Shown: positions 27,728 through 38,103, numbered from the stretch's first letter. The stretch is 64,000 bases of DNA from an uncultured candidatus Porisulfidus sp. (GCA_965199755.1 CBDASZ010000001.1:256001-320000); one strand, 5' to 3'. The notes: generated by a model not told the origin, from the sequence alone. A program made the numbers and translations.

Positions 27728-28978
27728 TCAGAAACTGTAATTCAGCCGAAACTCGAAGTAACTGTCGCGGCGGATGCCGTGCATGAGAATGTCCCGTTCA
27801 TCGGCACTCAGCACGTGTAAGGATTCCGCCACGATAGACCACTGTTCGGTCATTCTCCAGTTCGCTTCCGTGGTCATAATCGTGCTTGAGTGATGGCGGT
27901 CGGTCAGAAAACTCAGATAGAACTCCGTGTCGTCAGCATCATTGAGCGCGTAACGGAAGGCGAGCAACAGGTCGTCATTAAACAGCATGGTCGCTTTGTC
28001 GCCGCGCTCGTCGTAGTTCCACTCTGCAAGCACACTGATGTCCGCGTCTGAATCAAACACGCCGTAGAAGGTGTATTCCGTGCCCAATGCCAAAGCGGCG
28101 TAATCATCCTCTTGGAGGAGCAGATTCTGCATGCCGGCGCGGTGGATGGCTTCGAGTTTGAACAGCCAGGACTCCGTGGTCATTTGCGCGTCCAGACCGT
28201 ACTGGCGGATCTGTTCGTAATGCGGCACCGCCACAAGTTCAGTCCCGCGTAAGGTCGGGCGCAGCGTCGGCTCTCTGCCGGTGCCGTCGAACACGCTGAG
28301 TCCGATATCAAAAGGCCCGGCGCTGACGCTATAACGAAACGCGAAATCCGTGTGCCATTGCTCCGCGGAACTCTCATAGGTCGGATGGTCTGAATCCACT
28401 GCCAGACCGCCGCGCAGACGGCCTTCCACGCCGCCGTAGGTGCGTTCGCGATGATGCGGCAGCACAAAAAACTCCGCTGTTCCCCACTCGCCATTGAGGT
28501 TGAGGTAAGCCATCAGTTGTCCGAGTTCGTCTTCCAGGTCCGGCTGCTCAACCTGATCCACCTGATTGATGATGTCGACCAGATGATTGGCTTCAACCAC
28601 GCCCCAGAACACGCGATCCACACCCACGCGAACCTCCCATCCCCCTTCGCCCAACTCGCCGTAGAACAGGAAATACGCCTCGCGAATATCCGCATGCGTA
28701 CGCTCCGCATCACCGCTGTCATAGCGCAGAAATGGCACAAAACTGAACTCCCAGTCATCGGTGTAGACGTCAAACTCCGGCTCCAGCACTACGCCGCTGC
28801 CGTAATTGGACTGCCGATCATCGGATGCGGGATCGTGATACCAGCGGTTCTCGATGCCGATCTTGCCGGACAGCTCCCACTCAATATCAGATTCCGCTAG
28901 CGCCTCCGATGTGCTCAATGCTCCGGCGCATACCGCTGTCAGGGTGAGCGCGATGGTCGCGACGTTCCAGACGTGCAT
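27728..28978 (-). CDS. Outer-membrane beta-barrel protein of unknown function
   Basis: Signal peptide from ATG 28978 (TGATG-coupled to dsrN); amphipathic strands; C-terminal YFEFRLNYSF beta-signal. Confidence 0.8.
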   Translation of the reverse strand: MHVWNVATIALTLTAVCAGALSTSEALAESDIEWELSGKIGIENRWYHDPASDDRQSNYGSGVVLEPEFDVYTDDWEFSFVPFLRYDSGDAERTHADIREAYFLFYGELGEGGWEVRVGVDRVFWGVVEANHLVDIINQVDQVEQPDLEDELGQLMAYLNLNGEWGTAEFFVLPHHRERTYGGVEGRLRGGLAVDSDHPTYESSAEQWHTDFAFRYSVSAGPFDIGLSVFDGTGREPTLRPTLRGTELVAVPHYEQIRQYGLDAQMTTESWLFKLEAIHRAGMQNLLLQEDDYAALALGTEYTFYGVFDSDADISVLAEWNYDERGDKATMLFNDDLLLAFRYALNDADDTEFYLSFLTDRHHSSTIMTTEANWRMTEQWSIVAESLHVLSADERDILMHGIRRDSYFEFRLNYSF

Positions 28979-30357
28979 CAGTGCTTGTGCCCCTTCGCGC
29001 AGTCTCGAACAAAATCGACAAAGTACTGCACCCATGCGCACCGCTGCGTATGGCGCAAGTGACAGTAGTTCGCGAACAGATTGCCGAGCACCATCCCGTC
29101 CTTGCCGCCAGTCGCGCCGACGCCCCGCGTCACCTGCCAGCCCCAGCGCAAGTTTGCGTCCAGATTCTCCAGGCGCGAATAATGAAATTCATGCGCCGGT
29201 ATGCGGGAGCCTGCGGCAATGCCCGGCCAAAGGAAGTCGGATGAGGCTTCCAGTGTAACCAGTCCGCGCCCTTGGGGTCGTTCGTTCATAATGCAATCGC
29301 CGGGAATGAAACCCACCATTCTATGGGTTTGCCCTTGCCACGTCAGATTTTGGCACAGATACATGAGTCCGCCGCACTCCGCATAAGTTGGCAGACCGGC
29401 GCTGATTTGCTCATGCAACTGCGATTTGAGCGCTGTATTGGCGGCCAATGCGCCGGCTTGAGTCTCCGGGAAGCCGCCACCGAGCCACAGTCCGTCAATC
29501 TTCGGCAGTGTCTGTGCCTGCAGCGTGTCCACAGGCACCAGTTCCACGCCCTGTTGCGCGAACTGCTCCAGATCGTCCGCGTAATAAAACCCGAATGCCG
29601 CATCCCGCGCATAGCCGATGCGCAGATCCGGCTTCGTCGAGGGCGCAACTTGCGGTGAGAGCTGTATTTGCGGGCCGTTCGCTTGCTCCAGCAGCCGCTC
29701 CAGTTCCACGCCTTCGGCAACACAGCGCCCCATCGCGGTGATGCAGAAATCCGCATCATCGTGTTCAGAGTCAGTAATCAGTCCTAGATGGCGTTCGCTC
29801 AGTTGCATGTCGGAGGACTTGCCAACCGCACCGAGCACTGCAAGATCGGTGTGTTGTTCTATTGCCTGCACCAGCTTGGATTCATGACGGCTGCCGCCGG
29901 TGCGGTTGAGAATAATGCCGGCCCACTGCAAGTCTGTATCGAATTGCTGATACCCCAGCACTAGTGGGGCAACGCCGCGCGTCATGCCGTCGCAGTCAAG
30001 CGTCAGCAGAACGGGTGCCTGTAACAGTTTGGCCATGGCGGCATTGCTGTCGGAGCCGTCTTCGGCCACGCCGTCGAACAATCCCTTGGTGCCTTCAATC
30101 AGCGCTGCGTCCTCCCCATTGCGCGCGGCAGTACGTTGGATTTCCTCCGGCTCTTGCGTGTTGAAGTCCAGGTTGTAGCACGGCCTTCCCGCGGCCCGCG
30201 CAAGCCACGCGGGGTCAATGTAATCCGGGCCTTTTTTGAACGGCTGAATCGCAATGTTCTGTGCGCGCCACGCATGCAGCAAGCCCAGCGCCAGACACGT
30301 TTTACCGCTTGATTTGCGGCTGGCGGTGAGGTAGAGCCGGCGGTATTGGCCGGACAT
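28978..30357 (-). CDS. dsrN: Siroheme amidase DsrN (cobyrinate a,c-diamide synthase family)
   Basis: KSSGKT, FKKGPDYIDP, ERHLGL, GGGFPE, YAECGG, HEFHYS; follows dsrP. Confidence 0.92.
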   Translation of the reverse strand: MSGQYRRLYLTASRKSSGKTCLALGLLHAWRAQNIAIQPFKKGPDYIDPAWLARAAGRPCYNLDFNTQEPEEIQRTAARNGEDAALIEGTKGLFDGVAEDGSDSNAAMAKLLQAPVLLTLDCDGMTRGVAPLVLGYQQFDTDLQWAGIILNRTGGSRHESKLVQAIEQHTDLAVLGAVGKSSDMQLSERHLGLITDSEHDDADFCITAMGRCVAEGVELERLLEQANGPQIQLSPQVAPSTKPDLRIGYARDAAFGFYYADDLEQFAQQGVELVPVDTLQAQTLPKIDGLWLGGGFPETQAGALAANTALKSQLHEQISAGLPTYAECGGLMYLCQNLTWQGQTHRMVGFIPGDCIMNERPQGRGLVTLEASSDFLWPGIAAGSRIPAHEFHYSRLENLDANLRWGWQVTRGVGATGGKDGMVLGNLFANYCHLRHTQRCAWVQYFVDFVRDCAKGHKH

Positions 30358-30361
30358 GAGA

Positions 30362-31555
30362 TCAGTCCGCTGGTTGCGGATCAGACAGATCTTCCGGCAG
30401 GAATCCCAAGGCTCCCATCCCGGCAAGCAGCGCCATCAAGCTGATGGTCACACCCATGACACCAAGCATGAATTCCCAGAAACTCGGAATATAGGAAGCG
30501 ATCACGCCGTCGAAGAAGCTGCTGCTTTCAATCATGCCGGGGAACATCACCAGCGGATACGCCTGCCCGCCAATGATGATGACGTACAACTGAAACATTC
30601 CGCCGACGATGACCAGCACCGCACCGACCATGGTGCTAACACGGCAGTGGCGTGTTTTGGGGGAGTAGAACAGCGCCAGCGGCAGCAGCGCGCCGATGCC
30701 AATCTGGCCGAGCCAGAAGATTTTCGAGTACAGGCTCTCGAAGTTTAGAATAAACGCCTCGTAGCCGTGGTGCTCGGTCGCGTACAGATTGGTCAGGTGG
30801 TAGGCCAGCACGAAATACAGCACGGTCGCGACGAAGATGCCCAGCAGGTTTTTGAGGCGCAGCACCAAAGCATCGCCCAGCGCACGGCCTGAGGCGCGGC
30901 AGCTGAACTCCAGAACCAGCAGAAAGACCGCGGTGCCGAAGGAGAACGACATCATAATGAACAGCGGTGCCATAATTGCCGCGTCGTACCCCTGTCGCGC
31001 CACCAGAAACCCGAAGATCGCACCGGTACCAGTGGTGAGGATCAGACGCCAGAGCAGGGCGAGGATGCCGGCGGCGCGGGTGTAGCGCGCTAGCGCGGGT
31101 TGAAACAGCACCCACAAGTACACCGCAATGACCGCCAGCAGGCCGGTATACAGGAAAATATTCCAGGCGAAAATGGACTTGAAGTTGTAGTAGGTCATCG
31201 CCACGATCAGACGATCCGGGCGACCCAGGTCCAGCACCAGAATGGTCAGTCCGCCGATCAGCAAGGCACCCGCCAGCAACCCGGACAGGCGCGCCAGCGG
31301 CTTGTAGTCAACTTTACCGAATACCGAAGCGATAGAGGCGACATTCAGCGCGCCGGAGGCAGCGACAATCAGGAACACCGCAAACACGTGCGGAATGCCC
31401 CACACGATCTGATTGTTCATGCCGGTGATCCAGTGGCCTTCATGCTCCAGATGCAGAAATCCCAGAAAGCCCAGCCCCAGCAGTGCGCCCATCACCGCGA
31501 GCGTACCCCAGTAAGGACGCCCGGTATCCAGCGTGGCATAGCGAACCGGTACCAT
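30362..31555 (-). CDS. dsrP: DsrP (NrfD-family membrane protein)
   Basis: WGIPHVFAVFL, DLGRPDRL, many TM helices. Confidence 0.94.
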   Translation of the reverse strand: MVPVRYATLDTGRPYWGTLAVMGALLGLGFLGFLHLEHEGHWITGMNNQIVWGIPHVFAVFLIVAASGALNVASIASVFGKVDYKPLARLSGLLAGALLIGGLTILVLDLGRPDRLIVAMTYYNFKSIFAWNIFLYTGLLAVIAVYLWVLFQPALARYTRAAGILALLWRLILTTGTGAIFGFLVARQGYDAAIMAPLFIMMSFSFGTAVFLLVLEFSCRASGRALGDALVLRLKNLLGIFVATVLYFVLAYHLTNLYATEHHGYEAFILNFESLYSKIFWLGQIGIGALLPLALFYSPKTRHCRVSTMVGAVLVIVGGMFQLYVIIIGGQAYPLVMFPGMIESSSFFDGVIASYIPSFWEFMLGVMGVTISLMALLAGMGALGFLPEDLSDPQPAD

Positions 31556-32280
31556 CAAAATAGTCCCTGATAGCGCACGCCGGTATTCAGTCGCAGATCA
31601 GCACGGATCTGGGTCGCGCCGAACTGCGCGATGCGCTTGGCAATCTCACTGTCCGGATCGTTCAGATCGCCGAACAAAATAGCCTGATGGCCGGCCTTCG
31701 TGCAGGCATCGGCACAGGCCGTGCTGTGGTCGTTTTCATCTTGCCGGTGCACGCACAGTGTGCAACTCTCCACGCAGCCCTTGCCGCGTGGCGCATGCGG
31801 CAGTTGCTCGTCCAGATTCTCGTGAATGAAGGACCGCGCCTTGTACGGGCAGGCCATCATGCAGTAGCGACAGCCGATGCAGGTGTGCTTGTCCACCAGT
31901 ACGATACCGTCTTCGCGGCGAAACGACGCGCCGGTCGGGCAGACGTCCACGCAGGGCGGGTGTTCGCAGTGCTGACACATCATCGGCATGGAGACGCTGC
32001 GCTGTGACAGCGGGTCGCGCACATTGAGTTTGCGGATCCATTGCGCGTCCGTCTCCGGGCGGCCCAGATCCTGCAGGTTGTGTTCGGTGTTGCAGGCATC
32101 CACGCAGTCGTGACAGTCTTCGTGACATTGCCGCGTGTCGATCAGCATGCCCCAGCGGACCGCGTCTGTTACTTCCTCATCGGGAGCGCGGGCGTACAGC
32201 AGCACACCGGGGGCGAGCGTCAGCGCGCTGGCCGCGCCGGCGTTTTGCAGGAAGTCGCGGCGGCTGTGATTGATGCTCAC
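31555..32280 (-). CDS. dsrO: DsrO periplasmic Fe-S protein
   Basis: Tat signal SRRDFL; CQHCEHPPCVDVCP, CIGCRYCMMACPY. Confidence 0.95.
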   Translation of the reverse strand: MSINHSRRDFLQNAGAASALTLAPGVLLYARAPDEEVTDAVRWGMLIDTRQCHEDCHDCVDACNTEHNLQDLGRPETDAQWIRKLNVRDPLSQRSVSMPMMCQHCEHPPCVDVCPTGASFRREDGIVLVDKHTCIGCRYCMMACPYKARSFIHENLDEQLPHAPRGKGCVESCTLCVHRQDENDHSTACADACTKAGHQAILFGDLNDPDSEIAKRIAQFGATQIRADLRLNTGVRYQGLF

Positions 32281-32705
32281 GGCGTGAACTCCGGCTGTTT
32301 TATGTCTTCGGCGCGCAATCGTTCATGGTGCCGCAAGGCATCGTAGGCTTTCGCCGGGCGGTCGGCATGGCATTCAAAGCAATCAATGCGGACACCCGCA
32401 TAGATATGGCAGGCGGAGCAGAAATGCTGCTCGCTGCTGGCGCGGGGATAGCTGCCGGCCTCATCGGCGCGGACATGGCATTCCAGACAATTCTTCAGCG
32501 AATGCTTCGTTGTGCGGATGCCGCGATGCACGGTTTCGTCACGTTGATGCAGGATGAACTCCCAATGGCGTTCCCGCATTACGTCAGTTGGCTCCACGCA
32601 TTGCTCTCCCAAAGGTTTCGGGAGGACAGGACGGGGCGCGTCCGCTTCCAGAGGAGTGCTCACCATCAGTATGAGCATTGGCAGCACCAGCAACGAATGG
32701 CGCAT
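32277..32705 (-). CDS. dsrJ: DsrJ triheme cytochrome c
   Basis: Signal peptide from ATG 32705; CLECH, CSACH, CFECH; MRERH motif. Confidence 0.93.
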   Translation of the reverse strand: MRHSLLVLPMLILMVSTPLEADAPRPVLPKPLGEQCVEPTDVMRERHWEFILHQRDETVHRGIRTTKHSLKNCLECHVRADEAGSYPRASSEQHFCSACHIYAGVRIDCFECHADRPAKAYDALRHHERLRAEDIKQPEFTP

Positions 32706-32725
32706 GGGGTTTTGACCCGTGCGGA

Positions 32726-34681
32726 TTAATGATCGCCCAGCGCCATATCGATGTAGCCAGTCGGACAGACATCTGCACAAATATGGCAGCCGATGCAGCG
32801 GTCGTAGTCGGTGTCGACATAGCGGCCCGTGGTCTGCTTGTCTTTCTTGACCCGGAACACCGCGTCTTGCGGGCAGAACACCACGCAGTTGTCGCACTCA
32901 AAGCACATGCCGCAACTCATGCAGCGGCCGGCCTCGGCGACGGCCTGTTCCTCCGACAGTCCTTCGATCCGCTCCTCGAAATGACCCAGTACGGCTTCGC
33001 TGTCCGGCCCGGTTTCGGAGCGCAGGTTGCGCTCGGAGTAGGGGAAGTGCGCCAGAAACAGTTTTTCATGGCTGATGATTTCCTGACTGGAACGATCCTC
33101 ATAGTTGTGCACCGAGAAATCGCGGTCGCAGGTGCCGCGCGTCTCGCCGACCTCGTAGTCCTCCGGCGAGAGACCGGATTCGGACAGTTTGGCGAGCAGA
33201 TCGAAGTGATGCACATCCACTTTCGGACGTTTGCGCAGTTCCGCCTGCTTCAGATAGTTGTTGATGCCCTCGGCGGCAATGGAGGCCTGACCGATGGCGG
33301 TGGTCAGCAGGTGCGGGCGAATGATGTCGCCGGCGACGAAGTGTCCGGGGCGATCCGTCACTTCAAAGAACTTGCTGGCATCAATCAGACCGCGGCCATT
33401 GTCAAAGTCTTCCAGCCCGCTCAAATCGCCGCCCTGACCGATCGCGGAAACCACCAGGTCGGCTTCGATCTCGTATTCGGTGCCTTCGACGGGAACCGGA
33501 CGGCCTTCTTCCATCTGGCATTTCGCCATTTTCAGCGCGCGGGCCCGGCCATCGTCATCCAGCAGCACTTCCATTGGCATCACGCTGTCGTGAATGTCCA
33601 CACCTTCGTGCAGTGCGTCGTGCACCTCGTGCTCGGCTGCCGTCATCTCATCTTGCGGGAATAGCGATGTCAGTACCACCTGAGCCCCTTCGCGGGCCGC
33701 CGCCATGGCGGAATCATGCGCGACGTAACCGCCGACTACATGCTCCGGGCGCAGCGACTCGTCCATACCGGTAATCTTGCCGAGGCGTCGTGCGACCGAC
33801 ACCACGTCAATTGAGGTATCGCCGCCGCCGACGCAGACCACACGGTCCGCGGTGACCTGAACGTGTCCCTTGTTGAAGGCTTCAAGGAAGGCGACGCCGG
33901 AGATGCAATTCGGCGCGTCGCTGTTGGGGACCGGCAGTTTGCGTCCGGTCTGACAGCCAATCGCCCACAGGATCGCATCGAACTCTTCCTCAATGGCCGC
34001 GACCTCGACGTCCTCGCCGACGCGCGTGTTGTTGCGTACTTCAATGTCGCCCATTTCCAGGATGCGTTCGATCTCCCGATCCAGGTAGTCGCGCGGCGTG
34101 CGATAGCCCGGAATGCCATAGCGCATCATGCCGCCGAGTTCTTCCTGACCCTCGAAAATGGTGCTGGCATGGCCCATGCGGCGCAGCTGATATGCGGCCG
34201 CCAGACCCGCCGGGCCGCCGCCGATGATGGCGACGCGCTTGCCGCTGAGCTCATCAGGGCAGGAGAATTTGAAGCCTTCCGTGTAGGCGGTGTCGCCAAT
34301 GTACTGCTCCACCGAATTGATGCCGACGAAGTCTTCCACGTGATTGCGGTTGCAGCCGTCCTGACAAGGTGCCGGACAGACACGTCCCATCATTGACGGG
34401 AACGGATTGGCGGTGGTGGAGCGCTGGAACGCATATTCCTGCATGCTGATGCCTTCCGGCGGGGTCTCGATGCCGCGCACAATGTCCAGCCAGCCGCGAA
34501 TGTCCTCACCGGACGGGCAACTGCCCTGACATGGCGGGGTGCGATGCACGTAAGTGGGGCACTTGTGCGAGTGATCGGCCTCGAAGATCGAGTCGCCCGG
34601 TCGGCTCCACGTGTAATCATCATCCTCGAAGCGACGAAACGTCAACTTCTGTTCTGAGGGGGTCTGTTCGGTCGTGCTCAT
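32726..34681 (-). CDS. dsrL: DsrL iron-sulfur flavoprotein (DsrL-1 type)
   Basis: PPCQGSCP, GRVCPAPC, GGGPAG, GGGDTSID, C-terminal 2x[4Fe-4S]; TSLF in place of YRR. Confidence 0.96.
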   Translation of the reverse strand: MSTTEQTPSEQKLTFRRFEDDDYTWSRPGDSIFEADHSHKCPTYVHRTPPCQGSCPSGEDIRGWLDIVRGIETPPEGISMQEYAFQRSTTANPFPSMMGRVCPAPCQDGCNRNHVEDFVGINSVEQYIGDTAYTEGFKFSCPDELSGKRVAIIGGGPAGLAAAYQLRRMGHASTIFEGQEELGGMMRYGIPGYRTPRDYLDREIERILEMGDIEVRNNTRVGEDVEVAAIEEEFDAILWAIGCQTGRKLPVPNSDAPNCISGVAFLEAFNKGHVQVTADRVVCVGGGDTSIDVVSVARRLGKITGMDESLRPEHVVGGYVAHDSAMAAAREGAQVVLTSLFPQDEMTAAEHEVHDALHEGVDIHDSVMPMEVLLDDDGRARALKMAKCQMEEGRPVPVEGTEYEIEADLVVSAIGQGGDLSGLEDFDNGRGLIDASKFFEVTDRPGHFVAGDIIRPHLLTTAIGQASIAAEGINNYLKQAELRKRPKVDVHHFDLLAKLSESGLSPEDYEVGETRGTCDRDFSVHNYEDRSSQEIISHEKLFLAHFPYSERNLRSETGPDSEAVLGHFEERIEGLSEEQAVAEAGRCMSCGMCFECDNCVVFCPQDAVFRVKKDKQTTGRYVDTDYDRCIGCHICADVCPTGYIDMALGDH

Positions 34682-34701
34682 GGTATTCTCCTAATGATGG
34701 G

Positions 34702-36240
34702 TCAAGCGGCCTCGTCCAGTTCGGCCTCGGTGTCGTCGGTATCAGTGGTGCTCCCGGTGAGCACAATGGCGTTGCTCACCAACTGGTGCACACTCACAAT
34801 TTGGTCCATGCGGAATCCGTAATAGGCCATAACCTTGGCGAACTGGCTCTTGCAGATCGCGCAGATCGCGGCCATGTGGGTGACGCCGTGGTGCTCCACG
34901 ACGTGCTGCAAGGCTTCCATGCGCGGTAGCGCACCCTTGACGCGCAACTCAATCAGATCATCGGTCAGCAATCCGCCGCCACCACCGCAGCAGTAGGTGC
35001 CTTCGCGTATCGTATCCGCCGGCATGTCATAAAAGTGATTGCAACTGGCGCGGATGATGTCGCGCGGGATGCTGAACTGTCCGCCCGGAGTGTCGCCCAT
35101 GCGCGAGGCGCGTGCGACATTGCAGGAATCATGATAGGTCAGCACCATGTCATCGTTTTCGGACGGATCAAGGTTCAGGCAGCCTTCCTGAATCAGGCCG
35201 TGAGTGACTTCGCAGATGTGCTGCGGCACCGGATATTCGGGGTCCAGAAAATCAAACGGACCAGCCAGTGTGTTGAGGAAACTGTAGGCGACGCGCCAGG
35301 CATGCCCGCACTCGCCGAAGACAATGCGCTTGACGCCCAGTTCGATCGCCGCTTCGCGGATGCGCAGGGCCAGTTTGCGCATGTTCTCGTAGCTGCCAAT
35401 GAACATGCCGAAGTTGGCCGCCTCAGAGGCGCTGGAACTCAAAGTCCAGGACAGCCCGGCTTCATGGAAGACCTTGGCGTAGCCGATCAGACCGTCGACA
35501 TGCGGTTCAGCAAAAAAGTCAGCCGAAGGCGTAATCAGCAGAATGTCAGCGCCTTTCTCATCCAGCGGGAAGCGTACCGTGACACCGGTGTCTTCCTCCA
35601 CATCTTCCTCCAGCCCCTCCAGCGTGTCTTTCAGCGCTGGCTCAGGTAGGCCGAGGTTGTTGCCGATGACATGCACCTTGCCGATAATTTCGTTGCAGTA
35701 CTTCTGTCCCTTGCCGATGGTGTCCATGACTTCACGCGCGGCCATGGAGATCTCGGCGGTGTCAATGCCGTAAGGGCAGTATACCGAGCAGCGGCGGCAC
35801 TGCGAACACTGATGAAAATACTTGTACCAGTCATCCAGCACCTCTTCAGTCAGATCCTCCGCGCCGACCAGCCACGGCAGGTAGCGCCCGGCCAATGTGA
35901 AGTGGCGGCGATATACCTTGCGGAACAGATCCTGACGCGCGACCGGCATATTCTTGGGATCGGTGGTGCCCAGATAGTAGTGGCACTTGTCGGTGCAGGC
36001 ACCGCACTTGACGCAGGAGTCCAGAAACACCTGCAGTGAGCGATAGCGCTTGGTCAGATCGCCCATCTTCTCGATAGCCACGTCATGCCAGTTGTCGACC
36101 AGTTCGCCGGGGAAGCCCAGCGGCTCCTGAAAGTCCGGCTTCGCCTCATACGGCTGGCTGTGCGCCATGGCGTCTTCCACCAGCTTTGGAATCACCGGAT
36201 AGGGCTTGAGCGTTGGGACGTCGAATTCGGGTTCAGCCAT
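34702..36240 (-). CDS. dsrK: DsrK heterodisulfide reductase-like Fe-S subunit
   Basis: CVKCGACTDKC, CSQCRRCSVYCP, ECGHAW, CCGGGGG, CAIC. Confidence 0.96.
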   Translation of the reverse strand: MAEPEFDVPTLKPYPVIPKLVEDAMAHSQPYEAKPDFQEPLGFPGELVDNWHDVAIEKMGDLTKRYRSLQVFLDSCVKCGACTDKCHYYLGTTDPKNMPVARQDLFRKVYRRHFTLAGRYLPWLVGAEDLTEEVLDDWYKYFHQCSQCRRCSVYCPYGIDTAEISMAAREVMDTIGKGQKYCNEIIGKVHVIGNNLGLPEPALKDTLEGLEEDVEEDTGVTVRFPLDEKGADILLITPSADFFAEPHVDGLIGYAKVFHEAGLSWTLSSSASEAANFGMFIGSYENMRKLALRIREAAIELGVKRIVFGECGHAWRVAYSFLNTLAGPFDFLDPEYPVPQHICEVTHGLIQEGCLNLDPSENDDMVLTYHDSCNVARASRMGDTPGGQFSIPRDIIRASCNHFYDMPADTIREGTYCCGGGGGLLTDDLIELRVKGALPRMEALQHVVEHHGVTHMAAICAICKSQFAKVMAYYGFRMDQIVSVHQLVSNAIVLTGSTTDTDDTEAELDEAA

Positions 36241-36970
36241 CGCTTCGCTCCAGTTTCATGGCCCATGCGGCGACGTGGCGACGCTCGCGCGGATTGTCAG
36301 CTTGATTGCGGGTCGGACTGAAGAATACGCCGGGCGCGTGCAGCAATTTGCTGAACGGAAAGATCAGCATCAGCAAGGCGACCAGAATAAGATGAGAGTG
36401 CAGCAGGGGATCCATCGGTAGCGGCTGCCAGTCAAACCACATCAGGCCCAGAAAAAAGGCTTTCACGGCCACCACATCGGTGCCGACCGAATAACTCATG
36501 GCGATGCCAGTCAGCCCAATGGCGATCAGCAGCGCCAGCATCAGATGATCCGACAGGGCGGAGATATAGCGCACCCGGTCCACCACAATGCGCCGCAGCG
36601 CCAGACCGGCCAGTCCGATCACCATGGGGATGGCGGCGTATTTGCCGAACGGCTGCAGAAAGGCCACCCATGCCCAGACCGGTTCAATGAAATAGCGCAG
36701 GTGGCGCAACAGCACCAGCAGCAATCCGAAATGAAACAGCCAGCCGAACAGCCAGGTCCATTTGTTGGACTTGAACAGACTCTCGAACAGGGTGAGTTCG
36801 CGCAGCATGCGCAACGCGACACCGCTGCGGGTGGTCGGCGCGGGCGTGGTCGGGATCTTTAGTGGTGCGGGCGTGGTCGCGTAGCGGCGAATGCGCAAGG
36901 CAAGGCCGAGGCCCAGCACCAGCGCGGCACTGTAATACAACAGCGTCATCGCCCAGCTTGCGAAATCCAC
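36233..36970 (-). CDS. dsrM: DsrM membrane cytochrome b (NarI-like)
   Basis: FHFG...RH, H..L, PFSKLLH; five TM helices. Confidence 0.95.
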   Translation of the reverse strand: MDFASWAMTLLYYSAALVLGLGLALRIRRYATTPAPLKIPTTPAPTTRSGVALRMLRELTLFESLFKSNKWTWLFGWLFHFGLLLVLLRHLRYFIEPVWAWVAFLQPFGKYAAIPMVIGLAGLALRRIVVDRVRYISALSDHLMLALLIAIGLTGIAMSYSVGTDVVAVKAFFLGLMWFDWQPLPMDPLLHSHLILVALLMLIFPFSKLLHAPGVFFSPTRNQADNPRERRHVAAWAMKLERSDG

Positions 36971-37015
36971 AACAGTCCCCGGTGATGCGGCGCATCGCGC
37001 CTGAACCGGGTCTCC

Positions 37016-37348
37016 TTAGACGCAGCCCGTGGGCTTCGGCAGTCCGGCGTACTTACAAGCCTGTTTGGCCGGGCCGTACGGGAACAGTTCGTACAGGTAC
37101 TTGCTGTTGCCCTTGTCTTTGCCGAGCTTCTTGCCGATCGCCTTGGTCAGGACCCGTACCGCCGGAGCAATTTGATACTCCTCGTAGTACTCACGCAGGA
37201 AATTAATCACTTCCCAGTGGTTGTCGCTGAGTTCAGCGCCGTCGGCCGCAGCCATGGCGTCGGCCAGAGCCGGTTCCCATTCGTTGATGTTGGCCAGATA
37301 GCCTTCTTCATCGGTTTCGTAAGTTTTGCCATTGACGTCAAGTGACAT
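37016..37348 (-). CDS. dsrC: DsrC sulfur carrier
   Basis: C-terminal ACKYAGLPKPTGCV (Cx10C). Confidence 0.97.
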   Translation of the reverse strand: MSLDVNGKTYETDEEGYLANINEWEPALADAMAAADGAELSDNHWEVINFLREYYEEYQIAPAVRVLTKAIGKKLGKDKGNSKYLYELFPYGPAKQACKYAGLPKPTGCV

Positions 37349-37379
37349 AGTCTTATCCTCCCATCTTCTTGGGGGTTAT

Positions 37380-37682
37380 TTATAACCAGGATTGAGTGCT
37401 TTCGTGCTTGCAGGCGAGCGCGACAAAGCGTTCATAATCGACGACTTCCATACCGTCGATCACGCGATCTTGGGACAAGCCCCGTGCCGCCAGATCGGGA
37501 CCCAGAACATACACGGACAGGCGTGACATCGCCTGCTTGATCCGATCCGTTTGTTCACTACCATCCAATGCCGCGACTACGGCATCCTCAAACAGCAGCA
37601 CGGCATGGCCGTCCGCCGCTAGCCGCAGGCAAGAGTCAAGCGCATTGCGCTCAAACGGAGACTTGTTGATCAGGTGCAGCAT
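37380..37682 (-). CDS. dsrH: DsrH
   Basis: MLHLINKSP...LLFEDAV...DLAARGL...YERFV...QSWL. Confidence 0.95.
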   Translation of the reverse strand: MLHLINKSPFERNALDSCLRLAADGHAVLLFEDAVVAALDGSEQTDRIKQAMSRLSVYVLGPDLAARGLSQDRVIDGMEVVDYERFVALACKHESTQSWL

Positions 37683-37688
37683 GATGCT

Positions 37689-38102
37689 TCAAAAACTGAA
37701 GACCACGTCCTGATCCGCCATCAGCGCGCTCAACTCGTCGCTGCTGACTACGTGCAGAGAAGGCTTCTCCGCCCAGTCGTCGTCCTCATCCTCATATGTG
37801 AGCGTCTGCAGATCGTCTTCGTTGAGTCCGCGCGCCTGCAGGGATTCGCGCTCGACATAAATGCGGGTGACATCGTAGTCGCCCAGCGCCGAATAGGTGC
37901 GCGAGAAATTTTTCATGCCAATGCCGTCGGTGTCCTGATTCTCGGTCAACTGGAAGACCCCGTCGTCGACAAAAGCCAGACATACATCCTGATCGAAAGC
38001 CGCGCCGATCAGCACCACTTCCAGCGACTCCAGCGCGTAAATCGTGCCGTAGGGTGCTTTGCGGTTGACGTACATCAACTTTTTGATGGTGCCTTCGCTC
38101 AT
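37689..38102 (-). CDS. dsrF: DsrF
   Basis: RKAPYGTIYALESLEVVLIGAAFDQ, DDGVFQL. Confidence 0.95.
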   Translation of the reverse strand: MSEGTIKKLMYVNRKAPYGTIYALESLEVVLIGAAFDQDVCLAFVDDGVFQLTENQDTDGIGMKNFSRTYSALGDYDVTRIYVERESLQARGLNEDDLQTLTYEDEDDDWAEKPSLHVVSSDELSALMADQDVVFSF

Positions 38103-38103
38103 G

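Noticed and set aside
28978-30357. cobB/cbiA cobalamin biosynthesis gene
   Set aside because: Its position after dsrP and the absence of other cob genes favour DsrN.
32726-34681. Glutamate synthase small subunit gltD
   Set aside because: The C-terminal ferredoxin domain and dsrK-dsrJ context identify DsrL.
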